DNA of 64,000 bases from Yuukianura sp. NJ FZ-2021. Its lineage: Eukaryota. The notes under the pieces were generated by a model, which was given only the letters and a program-made list of their open reading frames with translations, did no database searches and was not told the DNA's origin. The translations under genes were made by a program, and so were the position numbers. Within the stretch, counting starts at the first letter, position 1, and each line of letters begins with the position of its first letter. The stretch lies in assembly GCA_046563655.1 (NCBI GenBank), contig CM102284.1, forward strand, positions 3,658,001 to 3,722,000, written 5' to 3'. Shown here piece after piece: positions 12,927-26,600 of this stretch.

Positions 12927-15900
12927 GGCGGTTGACCTCCTGTACATACGACGAAAGACGGACTTGAAAGCTTTCCGGACGACGCTTAACGAGTCGTTTC
13001 AGCGATCACCTGAAACTAAACAAAAATGAAAGATTAATTGACTGAATAGAGTTAGCTTAAAGTTAGCCAGTTGAGCTTAATTTTAAGTTGGATCGTTCAA
13101 TGACCCTGGTGACCTTGGCAGTGAGGAGCGGAGATGCAGACGAGAGGAGTGGAGGACGTGGCAGTTCGTTATGACTGAGCAGATGACAAGAACCGACTGA
13201 CTGAGCTGGAACACACTCGACTTTAGTTTTCTGTCAAATGTCAAGATACTGAACAGTGGTCGTAGAATCTATGGACTAACGAAGATGCTTTGGGGGAGGA
13301 AATCCAGCATTTACATTTATCAGAATTAAGGAAATCAATTTGACCAGTATCTGTGCAACATGAAGATCTCTTATGATTGAATCAAGATTATGTGTATCAA
13401 GTAAGAAAATTTCAAACTAGAGGTCAAAAAAGTTCCGGAAGGTCACCGAGGCAGTGACCTGTATGAAACAACGCGACAAGAAAACCTCCCCCATCCTGTC
13501 ACATGCATAGTCACACATCTTTTCACAGAAATTTCGTTGTTCAAGGACTGTGTCATCACTCATTCCACCCCTTAAGAAACTAAAATCCACCCCATGCATC
13601 TTCAAACTACAAATTCTTATACAGTACAACAAAAATCTGGAATGCTTAAAAAATTGACAAGAAAAAATTTGAAACGTTGAAATGTAATCTCTGCGTTTTC
13701 CATCGTCTTCGTCATCTCCCTAACCAAAAGCAAAGCTCGTCTTGACCTTCCCCACTAAACATCGACATGACTTCCATATGGCGTCTCTTGAGTCTCAAAT
13801 CTCCAAGATCATGGTTGACTTTAATCCTTAAGTCAACCTTCTTCTGTTTACCATCAATCAATCACGAATCATGTCAAAAACAGCTTCTAGCTTTTGCTTT
13901 TCCTGAACCTACTCAACTGCGCAAAAATATTCAGGTTCTGGAGGATCCGCAACTAAAAGATTCCGAATTCAAAAATAGACGACGCTAGGACTTTTGAAGT
14001 TGACTTCTGCTGATAAATACAAAAAGTCAAGATTTTTAGGGAGTGGAAGCTCGTTTCAAGTACAAGAGAAGCTCTGTTCGTAGTTTCAATGTCAATAGGG
14101 CAATGGTCGAAAAAATCTCCCTTTTCTCACTTCCCTATTTCTACAAATCCGAAATCCTCGTACTATTTTTCTGTAGAAAAACTCTAAATAAAAACTAAAA
14201 AGAGCAAAATTTTTGTTTAACAGGTAGCAAACTGTTTGATATTTCCCGTCCTGTGCAATTTTTTGCATAAACATTGCAATTACGCAGAACAAAAACTAAT
14301 CATATAGAGTGAGACGGTTTCTATTTAAATTTGCAGACCGATGTAGGAAAAGTTCCAAGGTCAGTAAAGTAAAAACAGGTTAAGCAAACCAAATCAACAT
14401 CCTAATCATCTTCTAAAAAAAATAACAAGAATGAATCTCGACAACAAAGCAAAGTTACCAACAAAAACAATCATTGCATCAAAAATATTCAACGTAAATT
14501 GTCATTTAAAAAAACCACATTCGCCTCAAGTATTTTCTAGTTCTGATTATAATTCTTTTCACCTTTTGGAGTTATGTTTACTCACTTTTTAATACAAAAA
14601 TTTCGATTTTAACTGAAATGCTGATGAATTAGCCCGTTCAATTTAGTTCAAAACGGTACCTCACTTATCAAAATTTTGAAGACATGGATCGTTTTCAGAA
14701 ATTAAAGAAAAATGAATGCTCAAGGGTGAGGATGCAGAAATTGTTGAATTTGAGCATATTTTTTGCCACTACTACTTAACTTTCTCATTGTGACTTTAGG
14801 AAATGCGATGGTTTGTTTATTACAAAAAAAAAACACGTACACGTTGTTAATATACGTGTTTATAACACGTATTCTGTTGTGTAATACCGTAAGTTTCCTC
14901 TGAGAACAACTGACCTCAAACGAGGTTGACGCCTTCCTTTTTCCCATTGTTTCCAATGTTCGAAACAACAACATCTCAAAAGAGTTTCTATTTTTCAACC
15001 AAAAAGTTAAATGGAACGTCAATCCTCATCCTTTGCTGCTTTCTAAATTCACATTTTGCTTTGCAATTAAATGTCAAACCTGCTATTTCAAAATGCTGAA
15101 GCGTATAAAATTTCGAAAACCTTGAAACTTTTGTATGACTTTTCTTATAGTTTACAACTAGACTCACTAAATACTAAAATTTTGAAAATCTACTTCAAAA
15201 AAAGTTTGGCGATTTCTAAATTGTTTAGAAATTTTACGCTTACCGGAATTTGAGATGATTTCGACCAGGCCGTGGATGTGTCTGTAGCTTGCTGTCAGCT
15301 AAGAATTGACTGTTGTTTGTCTGTTTGTTGACTACTGGAGATGCGTTGACTGAACCTCATCAAATGCTAAGTGTTTTCAAGTGGAATGACAACGTCTGTC
15401 CAAGTGCTCTTCCTACAGTCGACTGATTGTAACCAACCAAGTCGTCGAGGGGCTCTTGACGAAGAATGCTTGACGAGGGACGCTTCCTTGCTTTTTCATT
15501 TACAATACAATTTACAATGCATATCCTAAATCCACCTCAACCCTTTAACTACCTCAGCAGGTTTTGGACTCCAAAGTACGTCTTTCAATTTAAAAAAATT
15601 ATGAATCAAAACAGTCACGTCAACCCGGTTTTTACTGACGTTCATGTCTGCAAAATTCTCACAATTTCGAATTAACGAGGAAAAACTTGGATGTAAACAA
15701 TCGTCGTAAACAAAACGATGTTTAACCATAATCCGCGTGTATTTTATTAAATTGTTTCGATTTCAGCATTTGCGAGATGTTACCGAGATTTTCGAAAAGT
15801 TTTTCGAACTTTTTTTTTAGAAAAGACTTAAAATAAAGTTTGGAAAATTCGGTGTAATTTGAAAGGGAAATGTTTACAGGGAATCTTTTGTTTGCTTTTG

Positions 15901-15975
15901 GAAAGTGTCTTGAACCAGTTAAAACCAGAATCGTCTGGACCAGAGCGGTTTTCTATGACGAACAATTGACAAAGT

Positions 15976-17073
15976 TGACCTTTGAATGGACAGAATTGAC
16001 CTTTGAAGTCCATCAAGTCCACTGCCACAAGCATGCTCAGTGTGCGTGGGTAGAGGTCAACCTATGGACCCGCCAGACTACGTGAGGTGACATGACCCAC
16101 ATGAATCGAGTCCAAGGGTTTCAGTCTATTTCCAGGACAGTGGAAGCTTTTGACGATCTTTGTCCCTTCATGCGGATGTGGTTCATTTAATTCCTTCCAT
16201 TTCATTTGACGTAAACCACTTGTTTAAATTTTCTGTCACGTGATTTCTAGTTTGACCTTTGAACAATGGGCAAAATGCTTTTAAGTATGCTTTTCAGCAT
16301 TTAGACAACGGTCATTACCGATTCAGAACGAGTTGAATCTAAAGTAGTTTTTAGAGAATTTCTCTCCAAAAAATTTGAATTGCTAACTTTCTCTGTACTT
16401 CGGTCTACTTTGTTTTAAAAATTAAAATAGATTATGTTAGGGTTAAGCGCAAGTTAGAGCTAATATCCTGAAAAGCTGGGATTAAAATTCTGAAAAGTAA
16501 AAGAAACACGGAATGACTTTCGAAATGTGAATTGCATAACCTCGACAATTAACAATTTTTTGTATTCCTTTTTTCATGAAGCTAATGATTCATTTTATAA
16601 GATTCGTTATCTTCAGCGGTAGCATTATGTTCGTGAAAAACGATTTTTTCACCGAATGCGTTAATTTTTCCTCAATTTTTTAAAAAAAATTTCTGCTAAT
16701 CGAAAAAACAATTACTCTATTGGTAAAGTGAGTACCAACGAGATGACTAATTGAAATTGACTTTTAGAAAGTTAAATGACTGTAGTTAAAAGCTTGTAGA
16801 CCTTTGGACTTTTGACAATTGAAATTCCTTGTAACTTTACATCAGCCGTAGGATTGGTCAGTTTCAGACAATTGGAACTTTTCATCAGTCATAGACTCTT
16901 GAGAGACATGTGAGAAGTTAATGACAAAAAGTCTAAAGTACACAGTCTAAATGCGGAAACCAAGTCAGAATAATCCAGACACAAGTCTGAACAAAACGGA
17001 CTCTAGTCATATGTCACAGGTCAAAGTTCCTTTGAACTGACAGCTAAACTCACATGAAACTGACCTTTGAATT
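15976..17073. promoter_or_regulatory. Cluster of DR1-type nuclear receptor elements (HNF4/RXR/COUP-like) upstream of perilipin
   Basis: TGACCTTTGAATG (15976), TGACCTTTGAAGT (15997), TGACCTTTGAACA (16253), AGACCTTTGGACT (about 16798), AGGTCAAAGTTCC (17018), TGACCTTTGAATT (17061). Function is inferred only. Confidence 0.4.
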
Positions 17074-20000
17074 GCTATTGCACTCTTGGAATTGACTAAT
17101 CCTGAGGCTTAAGGTGACCCGGATTACGTTTTGAATTTCTACAGGTCATCTTCCATCATATCAAAGACCAAGGAAGTTTGACATTTGAAATAGGTCACTT
17201 CCAGGGGTCAACCTCAACTTGAGCGGAAAAAGACTCAATGTCAACCAAGGACTTTCCATAATTTTTCATAATTTCAAAGTCATGTTTATGCTGAAACCTT
17301 GGTTATGTACGTGCAATTCTCACGTTCGCTTTTTTCGAAGTTACTCATGCATGCATCATGCAACTAAAAATTGCATTATTTTATGGTCCATTCGACTGTG
17401 TATTTCATGGTTTCATCCGTTCTCATCGAATGCTTGGCATTGAGATTTAAAATGAGTATTAAATCTGCTGCTTAATTGCATGGTTTTGTGTTCTATTGTT
17501 GTTTTAGTTGCATTATTTTTTGGATTTGACACATGAGCGTCTAGCGTGATGTTCTTAGTACTACATGTGCGTCTATGTTTTGTTGCTTCAAAATGAAATT
17601 TGAGAAGTGGTGGAGTGTATTGGAAATGTATGGATCCCAAGATAGGTTTATGGCTTCAAGGGATTCTGTCTGAGATCCTGGGAAATGACTATGAGGAAGA
17701 TGCAGTTGGATGCATCTCTGCTGGATGCTGGAGGGAATGCAGCTCTCAAAAGACTTAAGATCTCTTGAGATGTTGGCCTAGCCTAAGGAGGCTTCAGTGG
17801 AACTGGGTAATTCATAGCAAGGTCTTTTGGGATTTGGACTTTGGACTCCAAGCCTAAGGCAGGTGAACCCACGCTATGTATAGATCACGAAGTTTACCAA
17901 TTCCAAACCAGTTTCAAAACATCAACTTTCAATTGAGACGGTTTTAAACTCAAACGGTTACACCTCAAATGGTTACGGGGTAACCATTGGAGTAACCTTG
18001 GGAGGGAGGCTGGAGAATTGGACCAGAAAAGTATACTGGAAGATGCACATGGAGAGAGCGTGGACGACAACGTGACAATGTGTTTGATAACATTGGAAGG
18101 CACAGTTGCATGTGGTGACCTTTGTACTCGGATAAACTTCCCTTTAGCGTCACAGCCTCCCTGGTCCAAAAGTGGATCTTTCTCATGCTCCCTGTCTCCT
18201 GTCAATTGCTTCATCCTGAGCATGAAATGAGGAAGATGAATTCAAGTGTCATGCTCTCTCCGGCAAAAGACCAAAGTCCACAGGAACTGTGTTAAGATAA
18301 TCCCAATTTCAACCTTTTGTCGGTCAAGGGTAAAACGAAAGACGTTGGGTGACGAAAATTTGAAAAAAAAAATCACTTAAAGTTTTCAAATTTTGAACAA
18401 AAAGAATATTTGTATTTGAAAAATGAATTGACAGAGGCATTTAAAAAAATAAAAACTCAAAAATAAAAAAATAAGAATCACGTAAAAGAAACATTTAAGA
18501 ATCATAATCATATGCCAATCATTTTCTTAATTTGAGGAAGCTTTTTCTCATTTTTAAAAAATTCAACACAAACTCAAAAATTCATCAAAAATAAAATTGC
18601 TCAAGTTAGAAACGTGAAATGTCCTAAACATCAAACGTCTAAACTTGAAATCAGGAAGATGACCTTCATTCAATCCGTTTTTTATGAAATATTGAATGAT
18701 CATAATTGAAATGACCCGAACCTTACTAAATTTTCATTTCATGGTACAAATTCTCATCGTCTCTAAAAATGCATAGAAGATTTTAAATTATACTATACTA
18801 TGACTTTTTTTCTCTCCAAAAATTTTTAGTTTTGGCAAAAATTATAATTCCAAAAGCTCGGATTATTTTTTCACGCTACGCTACGATTGCGTTTTTGTTT
18901 AAAATTCTTTAAATTATAGAGGTAGACCTTGCGTGAATAAACACTTGATTTTATTCCGTGGCATGTCTTATATGATTGTAAAGTTACAATGGTATGATGA
19001 TGGTAACTTACTTAGGGACTAAGGGTTTCATCTCAAGTAACAATGACTTAATGTGACTCACTGAGAGCAAGCCAGGTCAAGGGTCAATGACCTCCGACCT
19101 CTATCCAAAAACAAAACAGACTCAATGTTCTACCTTTAGAAGTAACTTTAGTTTAACCTATACTTAACTTACTGTTAACCCTAGAATCTCATAAATCAGT
19201 AACATGTAGGGTTCAGTATTTGATTCAGTTAGACCCCTAGCTGCCCTCTACGGGTCTTCAAAAATTTCCGCTAGTCGCTGACCTGGAGGTCAAGTATAAG
19301 CAACATTCTCAGCCTTAGTAAATGCTTAGCAGTTAATTGTCAATTAACTTAATTTCAGAGGTGGAATTAACCAGTAAGTATCAAAAGTAGTAACAGAACA
19401 AGATCTCGTTTTAAATTTATACAAAAGCAGGAAGAACTAATTTCTTACAAAGAAACTGCATTGTTCTTCAGCCACGCCTTGTGACCTTATACTTGCATAT
19501 TTACGGTATTCTGGAAAAAAGTGCATAGAATACAGGCCTTAACTTGGTAAATAAATGTACAATCTTTGGAATTGGATTGCAAGTGTCCACTAGACAAAAA
19601 CCTAAGTTAATCCTAGTCTAAATCTATCCTAATCTACACCAAATTTGAACAAGGTGAGAACCATGTGAGGTCAAGTGCTTGACCTTTGACCTTGTGACCT
19701 ACTTGCATAAGCTAACTAGGAAGCATGTTGAAACGAAGGTAGACAATAATATATACGCTCTTTTGAGAACCAAATTGATTGCTCTTTGTGATAAATGCCG
19801 TTTGGTACAATTGAAACTCCGACCGCTTCATCTTGACGGATGAGCCGGAAGAGCTTCAATAACATTAATTCTTAATATAAATAATTAAATATCCTAATTA
19901 ATCACTTAATTACTTAACTTACACTTTACTTTAATATATTATATGTAACGATGTCCATCCACGGAACGCTCTTTATGCTAAACTCATTAGGGGGTTGAAT

Positions 20001-20662
20001 TTGTACACTTCAAGGGGGTTGATTTCATCCCTTCTGTTTTAATGCAGTCACACTATATGATTTTGTTCGAAAAAAGAATTCCAGAAACAGACTTCTGTCA
20101 GAATTCTTTTGGAGGTCAAAGATCAAGTCTGGAAAAACAAAATTTAGAGGTGAAAAAATTAAAGAAAGAAAACAAAAGCAAGAAAAAGCAAAGAAACCAA
20201 TTGTGACGCATTGCAAAAACAGACTTTAGAATTGTAACTGCAAGATGACAGGAGGCAAATTTTTACATAGTTTTCATTTCTAACCTAACATTAAATAGTC
20301 CCTAATTAACTAAATATTTAAGCAAAGTTAATTAAGATTCAGATTTAGTCGTATGAAGAGTCTATACATGCGTCAATGTACACTTTTGTAGTAGAAAATA
20401 AGAAACCAGGAACTTATCCCGTGCTGTTCTTAATAAAAAAAAATTCGTCGAAGTCTCTACATGTACAGACTTACTTCAGCAAACTTTGAAAAATTAAAAT
20501 GTTCATAGCCTAACATTTTTTGTACACTCAAACAGTATTAACTAATACTCTTCTACATTCACTACTTTCCTAACATGAACCTAACTCTTCAGCTAAAGTT
20601 AAGTTAGAATTAGGTTATGTTAAGGTTTAGCCTAACGTATGTTATGTTTAAGCATTACATTT

Positions 20663-23600
20663 TCAGGGATTGTCAGCAATGTAACCTTCTTTGATCAGTT
20701 GCTTCATTTTTCTTGGAGACGCTTCCAGTTTTCCCTGGTTGATTAGCTTCACTTCCTGCAACTTCTTTGCTTCAATTTTCTTTTCCCATTCGGACCATCC
20801 ATGAAACCGATTATTCATGCTCTTGTGTTGGTAAAAAACGAGACAAATTCTGGAAGGGTACAGTCGATTCGGAGCTTTAAGGGAAGTTGTAGCATGCATT
20901 TCGTGTTTAGCGCACTGCAGAATCACTGAGCCATGCGTCAACGCAATAGCTACTCCTCCCAGTTGTGGATCCTTGAACGCCTCTTCATTGTCCGAGTAAG
21001 TCTCGTTCACTTCTGGAATGACCTTGGGTTTTGGTGGGGCCACAAAACAGCTTGGTGGCGGTGGAGCATGGTGACTTGTCAAGTGAGAACCAAATGTAGG
21101 GAGTGGATTTGCCCAGGGATTGGCTGGGTGATGGTGAGAGTGCATTCCAGCTACGGCAGCAGCAGCCATACTTGATGGAGACATGAAGTTAGGTTGATTA
21201 CCGTAGGGAGAGTATTGGTTCATATGTTGGAAGTGAGATGGTGACATGGAGTTCATGTTGAGGGCAGAGGTCATTTGATGTTGATGTGAGTGGTGGTAGG
21301 GATTGGAGGTTTGAGAACCTCCGTAGGCCGAATGTGGGTATCCTGGTGGCGTGTTGACATTAGGATTCCAGGGATTGATTGGTGGAATGCCTGGAAATGG
21401 CCCGGGGTGATGTGGGTCCATGGAGCCTGGTGGGGCAAATGATGAACCAGGAGAGTAGCTGGATGAATTGAAAGACACGCCGGCTCCACCGCCTTGACTT
21501 GGTGGAGAAGAAAGGCACGAGGCGGGGGAAGCATGTTGGGCCTGTGGATGATAGAGACTAGAACTGGAAGAGGCAGAGTACGGCGGAGTATTTCCGGAAG
21601 ATGACGACGATGAACCGAAGTATCCCGAACTGCTATTCGGGAATCCCAATGCCTCTTGGTGATTGAAACTGCCTGACGACGCAGACGCCGCTACTCCAGG
21701 AGACGAACTGTTCTGCGCAGGCGTCGAAGAGGAACTTCCTGGAGTCGTGGATCCTTTTCCACTGGATCTTGAACTTGACGAATTTTCTACCATGGGAGAA
21801 GAGCTGCCTGGCCCCCCAGTTGGTGCTGGTGAGGCCATGGCTGATAACATAGAAAGTGACTCTGCTTCAGTCATGAACGTATGACGGAATGACGGCAGAA
21901 TTGAAGGACTCAGACTGGTGTATCCTGGTGTCGTCATGTTAGATGGTGCTGAGCCACCAGAGCCACTTCCTCCGCCATTGTTTGAATTGTTGGGTCCACC
22001 GCTGCCACTACTCTGGGAGGGGCTTGTAGTGGTTCCTGGATTTTGCATGGCTGATGAAGATGAGGATGGGCCAGTACTTCTGGAAGAACTGAGGTTGAAG
22101 TCCAGTGAATGTCCGAATTGTACTGCAGAAGGAGCATACTGCGAAGTGGGCGTGGCCAAAGAAGTGGGAGGAGGAATCATTGACGTTGGATCAAAGTAAG
22201 TTCGGAATGGTGCTCCCGTCTGTTGACCATGTCCGGAACTACTGGGAGCATAGGCCGATGGATGATTCCACAGTCCGTCTGGATCTGGAACAAAAGTAAA
22301 TATGAATTTCAAATTAAATTCAAAATTTCAAAATTTTGGAAAATGAAAAACAGAAGCGTACTGAATGGTGCTGGGGGTGCAGGATGGTGGAATCGTGTGT
22401 CAAAGAGATCACTTCCTCCAGAAGGTCCATTGAGTTCTTCAAAAATTGACAATTTTTCACGCTTCATTGGTGGTGGCATGGCCAAACTTCCGTGTTCTGC
22501 CGAGTACAAATCGTTTCCCTTCGGTTGATGATGATGGTGATGATGCGAACTACTGCTACTGCCGCTAGGTGGCTTCACTTTCCCGCGTCGTCTTGAAGGA
22601 AGCAGTGGTACTTTCCTCACTCGAATTTTGGACGGGAATCTAAACCAAAATATTCAATTTTTAAAAATTCCCTTCATCTAGAATTTTTTAAAAACTTACT
22701 TTTTCAAAATTTCTAATTGGCCCTTTTTAATTTTCTGTTTCTGTCCCTCCTTTGACCCAAGCTCATCCGTGTCATCCAGTTTGTACAGTGGGAGAACATG
22801 GTACTGCTCATCGTCACCTTTGGCAATGGACCGGTTTCTAGTGAAGGCCACGGTCTGCAAGTTAGCAAAAAGTCGTGTTAACCTTTGACCTTACGAGATT
22901 ACGTTAGAATTGGTTAGTTTTGTTACATTGAACGTACCACGGTGCACCCATTGATCATGTTATGCGCATCTTTGTGCGCATGTGAACAGTAGTCGACGCA
23001 GGCCGTGACACCAGAAAACGGTCGTCCAGGTCGATAGCCCAAGCGACATTCGAGTCCTTCATTTTCATGCTCGATTTGATTTTTGTACGAATCCGGAGCT
23101 ACGCGTTCATAGAGTGGCCCAAGATGCGTTGCCAAGTGTGAAACTTTCTCCTCAAGCTCCGCCTCCTACAATCACATCCAGAAAACAAAAATTAATCAAA
23201 CTCTGTTTAATCAAAGTTGGAAAACTAATGGGTCGGTATGCTACGCCCACGAAAACAATTTAGTCTAAAATCTCAATTTTTCAAAAACAACCCCCTCATA
23301 GCTCCCCCTGCTGTTTCAAAAACGAATATGAATAAATGAATTAAAAGAGACGTAACTTTTTCCAAATTAAGTTTTATATTCAGGTCAGGTCACTTTATGG
23401 GACCAACCAGAATATTCGCCATTTGAAAAGAGAAAGCGTTCAAAAAAGTAGTTGTTCTGTCTAAAAAAGTTGAGCAATTTCCTATGAAAAATTGTTGTCA
23501 TAATTCACATTGGAAGTCACATTTGTAAGGTAATTACATTAGGAACTTTTCTCCTACTAGTGGGAGGAAACAGGATTCTGCTTTTGGAACTTTTAGTTTA

Positions 23601-26600
23601 GTGATTTATGCGGAACTCCCGCAAAACTCCGCACCCACCACCGTTATAACTTTTCTCTCTAATTTATTGATATGGAAATCAGAGCAAAATGGGAATGGAG
23701 TTTGCTGTGGTGGGACACTCAAAAGAGATTTCAATTTGACCTTGCGCAGAAAACTGACCTCGTGTTCTTCCGTCAGTCGGAACTTTCTGACGTTCCGACT
23801 CCTGGCGTACTTGCATCCGTTGAAGAACATTGACCAGGCACATCCAAAGGAGTAGGCTGCACCACAAGTATCAGGATCCACCCCTTGACAAGCACATGAC
23901 CTTTGCTCATTCGTGTCACTTCGGCGTGTTGTCGGTATTCCGAAGCGATTTAGTTTGTAGACCAAAGTGTCGTAGAGATTATCAGCAAAGTGAGGTGGAA
24001 CGGCTTCCCAAATGACGCAACATACAACGATCCACGCTGTGGCGCACTTGTGACCTTTCCGATGTTTGACGAGGAATAGTAGCTGCTCTTCGTAACTTCC
24101 GCGTCGGATAATCTATTCAAAAAAGCAAACCGACTTTCTTTTCAAACTCGGATTTTAGTTTAACGTTTCTTGTGGTATTCGTTTTAAAAATGTACAGACG
24201 TCTGGAATGATTGATTTAAATTTGAGAAAACGGAGACGTTCATTAAAAACATTTTGAAAAAAAGAATTTCCGCTAAAGGCTAAACCTATTCACGTTTTTT
24301 GGAAAAGATGGACACGCTTACCCATTTGGCAAGCGGACATCCTTGACTGGTTTTCCCCTCTTTTCCAGTGTAGATGACTTTTTCAAACCGAAGTTGAACT
24401 CCGCGAAATCCAGTTCGGATTTCAAGTACTTCCCGAAGTTCAGGTAATGTATGTGCTGCCCCCAAGTGAGTATAAAACGGTCCCGGTTCTGGATGGACTT
24501 CATCTACCGGAAAACATCCACATTCTACCATTGGAACGTCCTTCTTACTCACTTCTTTCTTGCCATCATCTTCATCAGTCGTCGCATGAGAACTGTTCTC
24601 ACTCTGCTGACTATTCGTTGACTTCTCGTCAACTATTTCTTTCTTCGGAACTACTTCAGACTCCTTCTGATGGTCAATTGTAATGTTCCGTTCTTCATAG
24701 CTATGATGTTGGTAGAATCCCTCCTCCTTGACCTTTGACCCCACCGTTTTTCCATCTTTGTTCAAAACGCGTTCAGTACTTTCGACATACTGGGCACAGT
24801 GCCTCTCTCGTTCTTCCAGCAGTTGTTCACTGTTGATCGGTTTGGTAGTGGTAGTTTTCTTCCAAGATTTTTTCTTTTTCTTAGTTGCTTCAGATGTCGT
24901 TCCAGCATTGTTAACTGGGCCAGCAGATCCGCCAGTTCCAGTGGTCCCTGGAGAAGTATTGGCTCCACCTACACCATCAGCAAAAGGAAAATTTGCACTG
25001 GAAGAGGAATTGCTTCTCTCGTCCAATAGGCGCTCGGAACAACCGAGATCCGGTTCGGTTCGACTCGTCGTCTTCGGACTACTTCCGGAACCGTCGCCTC
25101 CTTCACCCTTTTTTCCATGGATACCGCTGTTTTCAGTCAATTGTCGAATGCCTCTTGATCGCTTTTTCTTCACTTTCTCCTTTTTAGGTGGAACCTGCTT
25201 AGAAGAGTTGGTGGAGTCATCGGATTTGGAAGATTCTTGACTCTGATGGCTCTCTTGACTTTGATTCTTTTCGAGAGTAGAAGTTCTAGGTGGCCGTGGG
25301 AAATTGGCCTCTTCAGAATGACGGTCATGGTCATAAGATGGAGCTTGGCCATAAGGAGCCCCACCGAACCCACCTCCTCCCCGATGATGATGATCCATAG
25401 ATCCATAGTTACTCATGTGACCTTGAAGAACAGCTTCAAAGTTGGGGTCATCCTCATAACCTTCTTTGTTTTGTCCACCGACTTCACACAAAGATTCACA
25501 CGGTTCGATTTTTCCAGGGCCGTTTTCGGGAGAATTTTTGAGTCGGGAGTTTCCCGGACCGGCCGAACTGTTGCTCAATGCACGAGAATTTGATTTGGAA
25601 TTGTACTGTTGTTGAGAATTTTGAGATGATTCGGTAGTATATGAAGAGGAGTCGTAGAGTGGTGACTGGTGATTGGTTGGATAGGGTTGGTAGGGGTCAA
25701 AAGGTCGTCGACCTCCGCCCTGTCCATGGTACGAGTCATAGTAGACTTGATTTTGTTGTTGTGAGTAGGGTGCATAGTTTTGGTGGTAGTACGACTGCTG
25801 ATGATGGTACTGGTGCAGCATTTCTCCCTCAGATACTTTCCCCTCCCCTGGATACCTTCCAGAATGTTGACTCTGGTGGGAGTGCGGATGTGGGAGGTAT
25901 CCAGGTACGTCGTTTGGGTGGCCTTGGTCACTTGCTCCGCCGCCCTTCGACAGCGGCCCACCACCCGGCTCTAGATTTCCGTTGATGTAGCCATGGAATG
26001 CACCGTTTCCGGAATTTGGTGAATTGTCATGCGAGTGGGAACTGCTTCCGTTCATGCCGTTGAGATTAGGTTGATGAGGGGCGACATGTGGTGAGGGGGT
26101 TGTACTGGGGGTGTACTGTCTCCGGGGACTGTTGCTTGTTGGGGGAGCTCCGTAGGGGGAGGAGAGGGGGATGGCTTGGTTTGGGGGGCTGGGTCCAGAG
26201 AATGGAGATGACGACGACATGTCACTGCTTCCACTGGAGACGGAGTTGCCATTGACGAGGTTCATGAGAGCGGCAGTTCCACCGTTTCCGGTTGTGTTTC
26301 CATTGTGTCCGCCAGAGGGCGGAGGGTATGGGGAGTGTGATGGAATGTTGAGTGCGAAAGTTGAGCCGCCCGGTGGGCTATGATTATTATTGAGACTGTG
26401 GTGGCTTGCTGGACTGTAGTTGGGGGTCATGCCCTCGGCACACGGCGGTGGAAGAAGTTGTGAGATGTAACCAGAAGAAGTCCAGGGATCTGGACTCGGT
26501 GGACGCCCATTGCTACTGTTCGTCCAAAATCTTTCCCGCGGAGAAAATCCACTGCCAGAGTCACTCACTGGGGTCAAAGGTTGACTTCCAGAGTAGTACG

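Noticed and set aside
17894-18223. 109-aa minus-strand ORF as an upstream perilipin exon or extra TET exon
   Set aside because: No recognisable domain; splicing its possible donor at 17897 to the perilipin acceptor gives an immediate TGA; no TET C-terminal motif.
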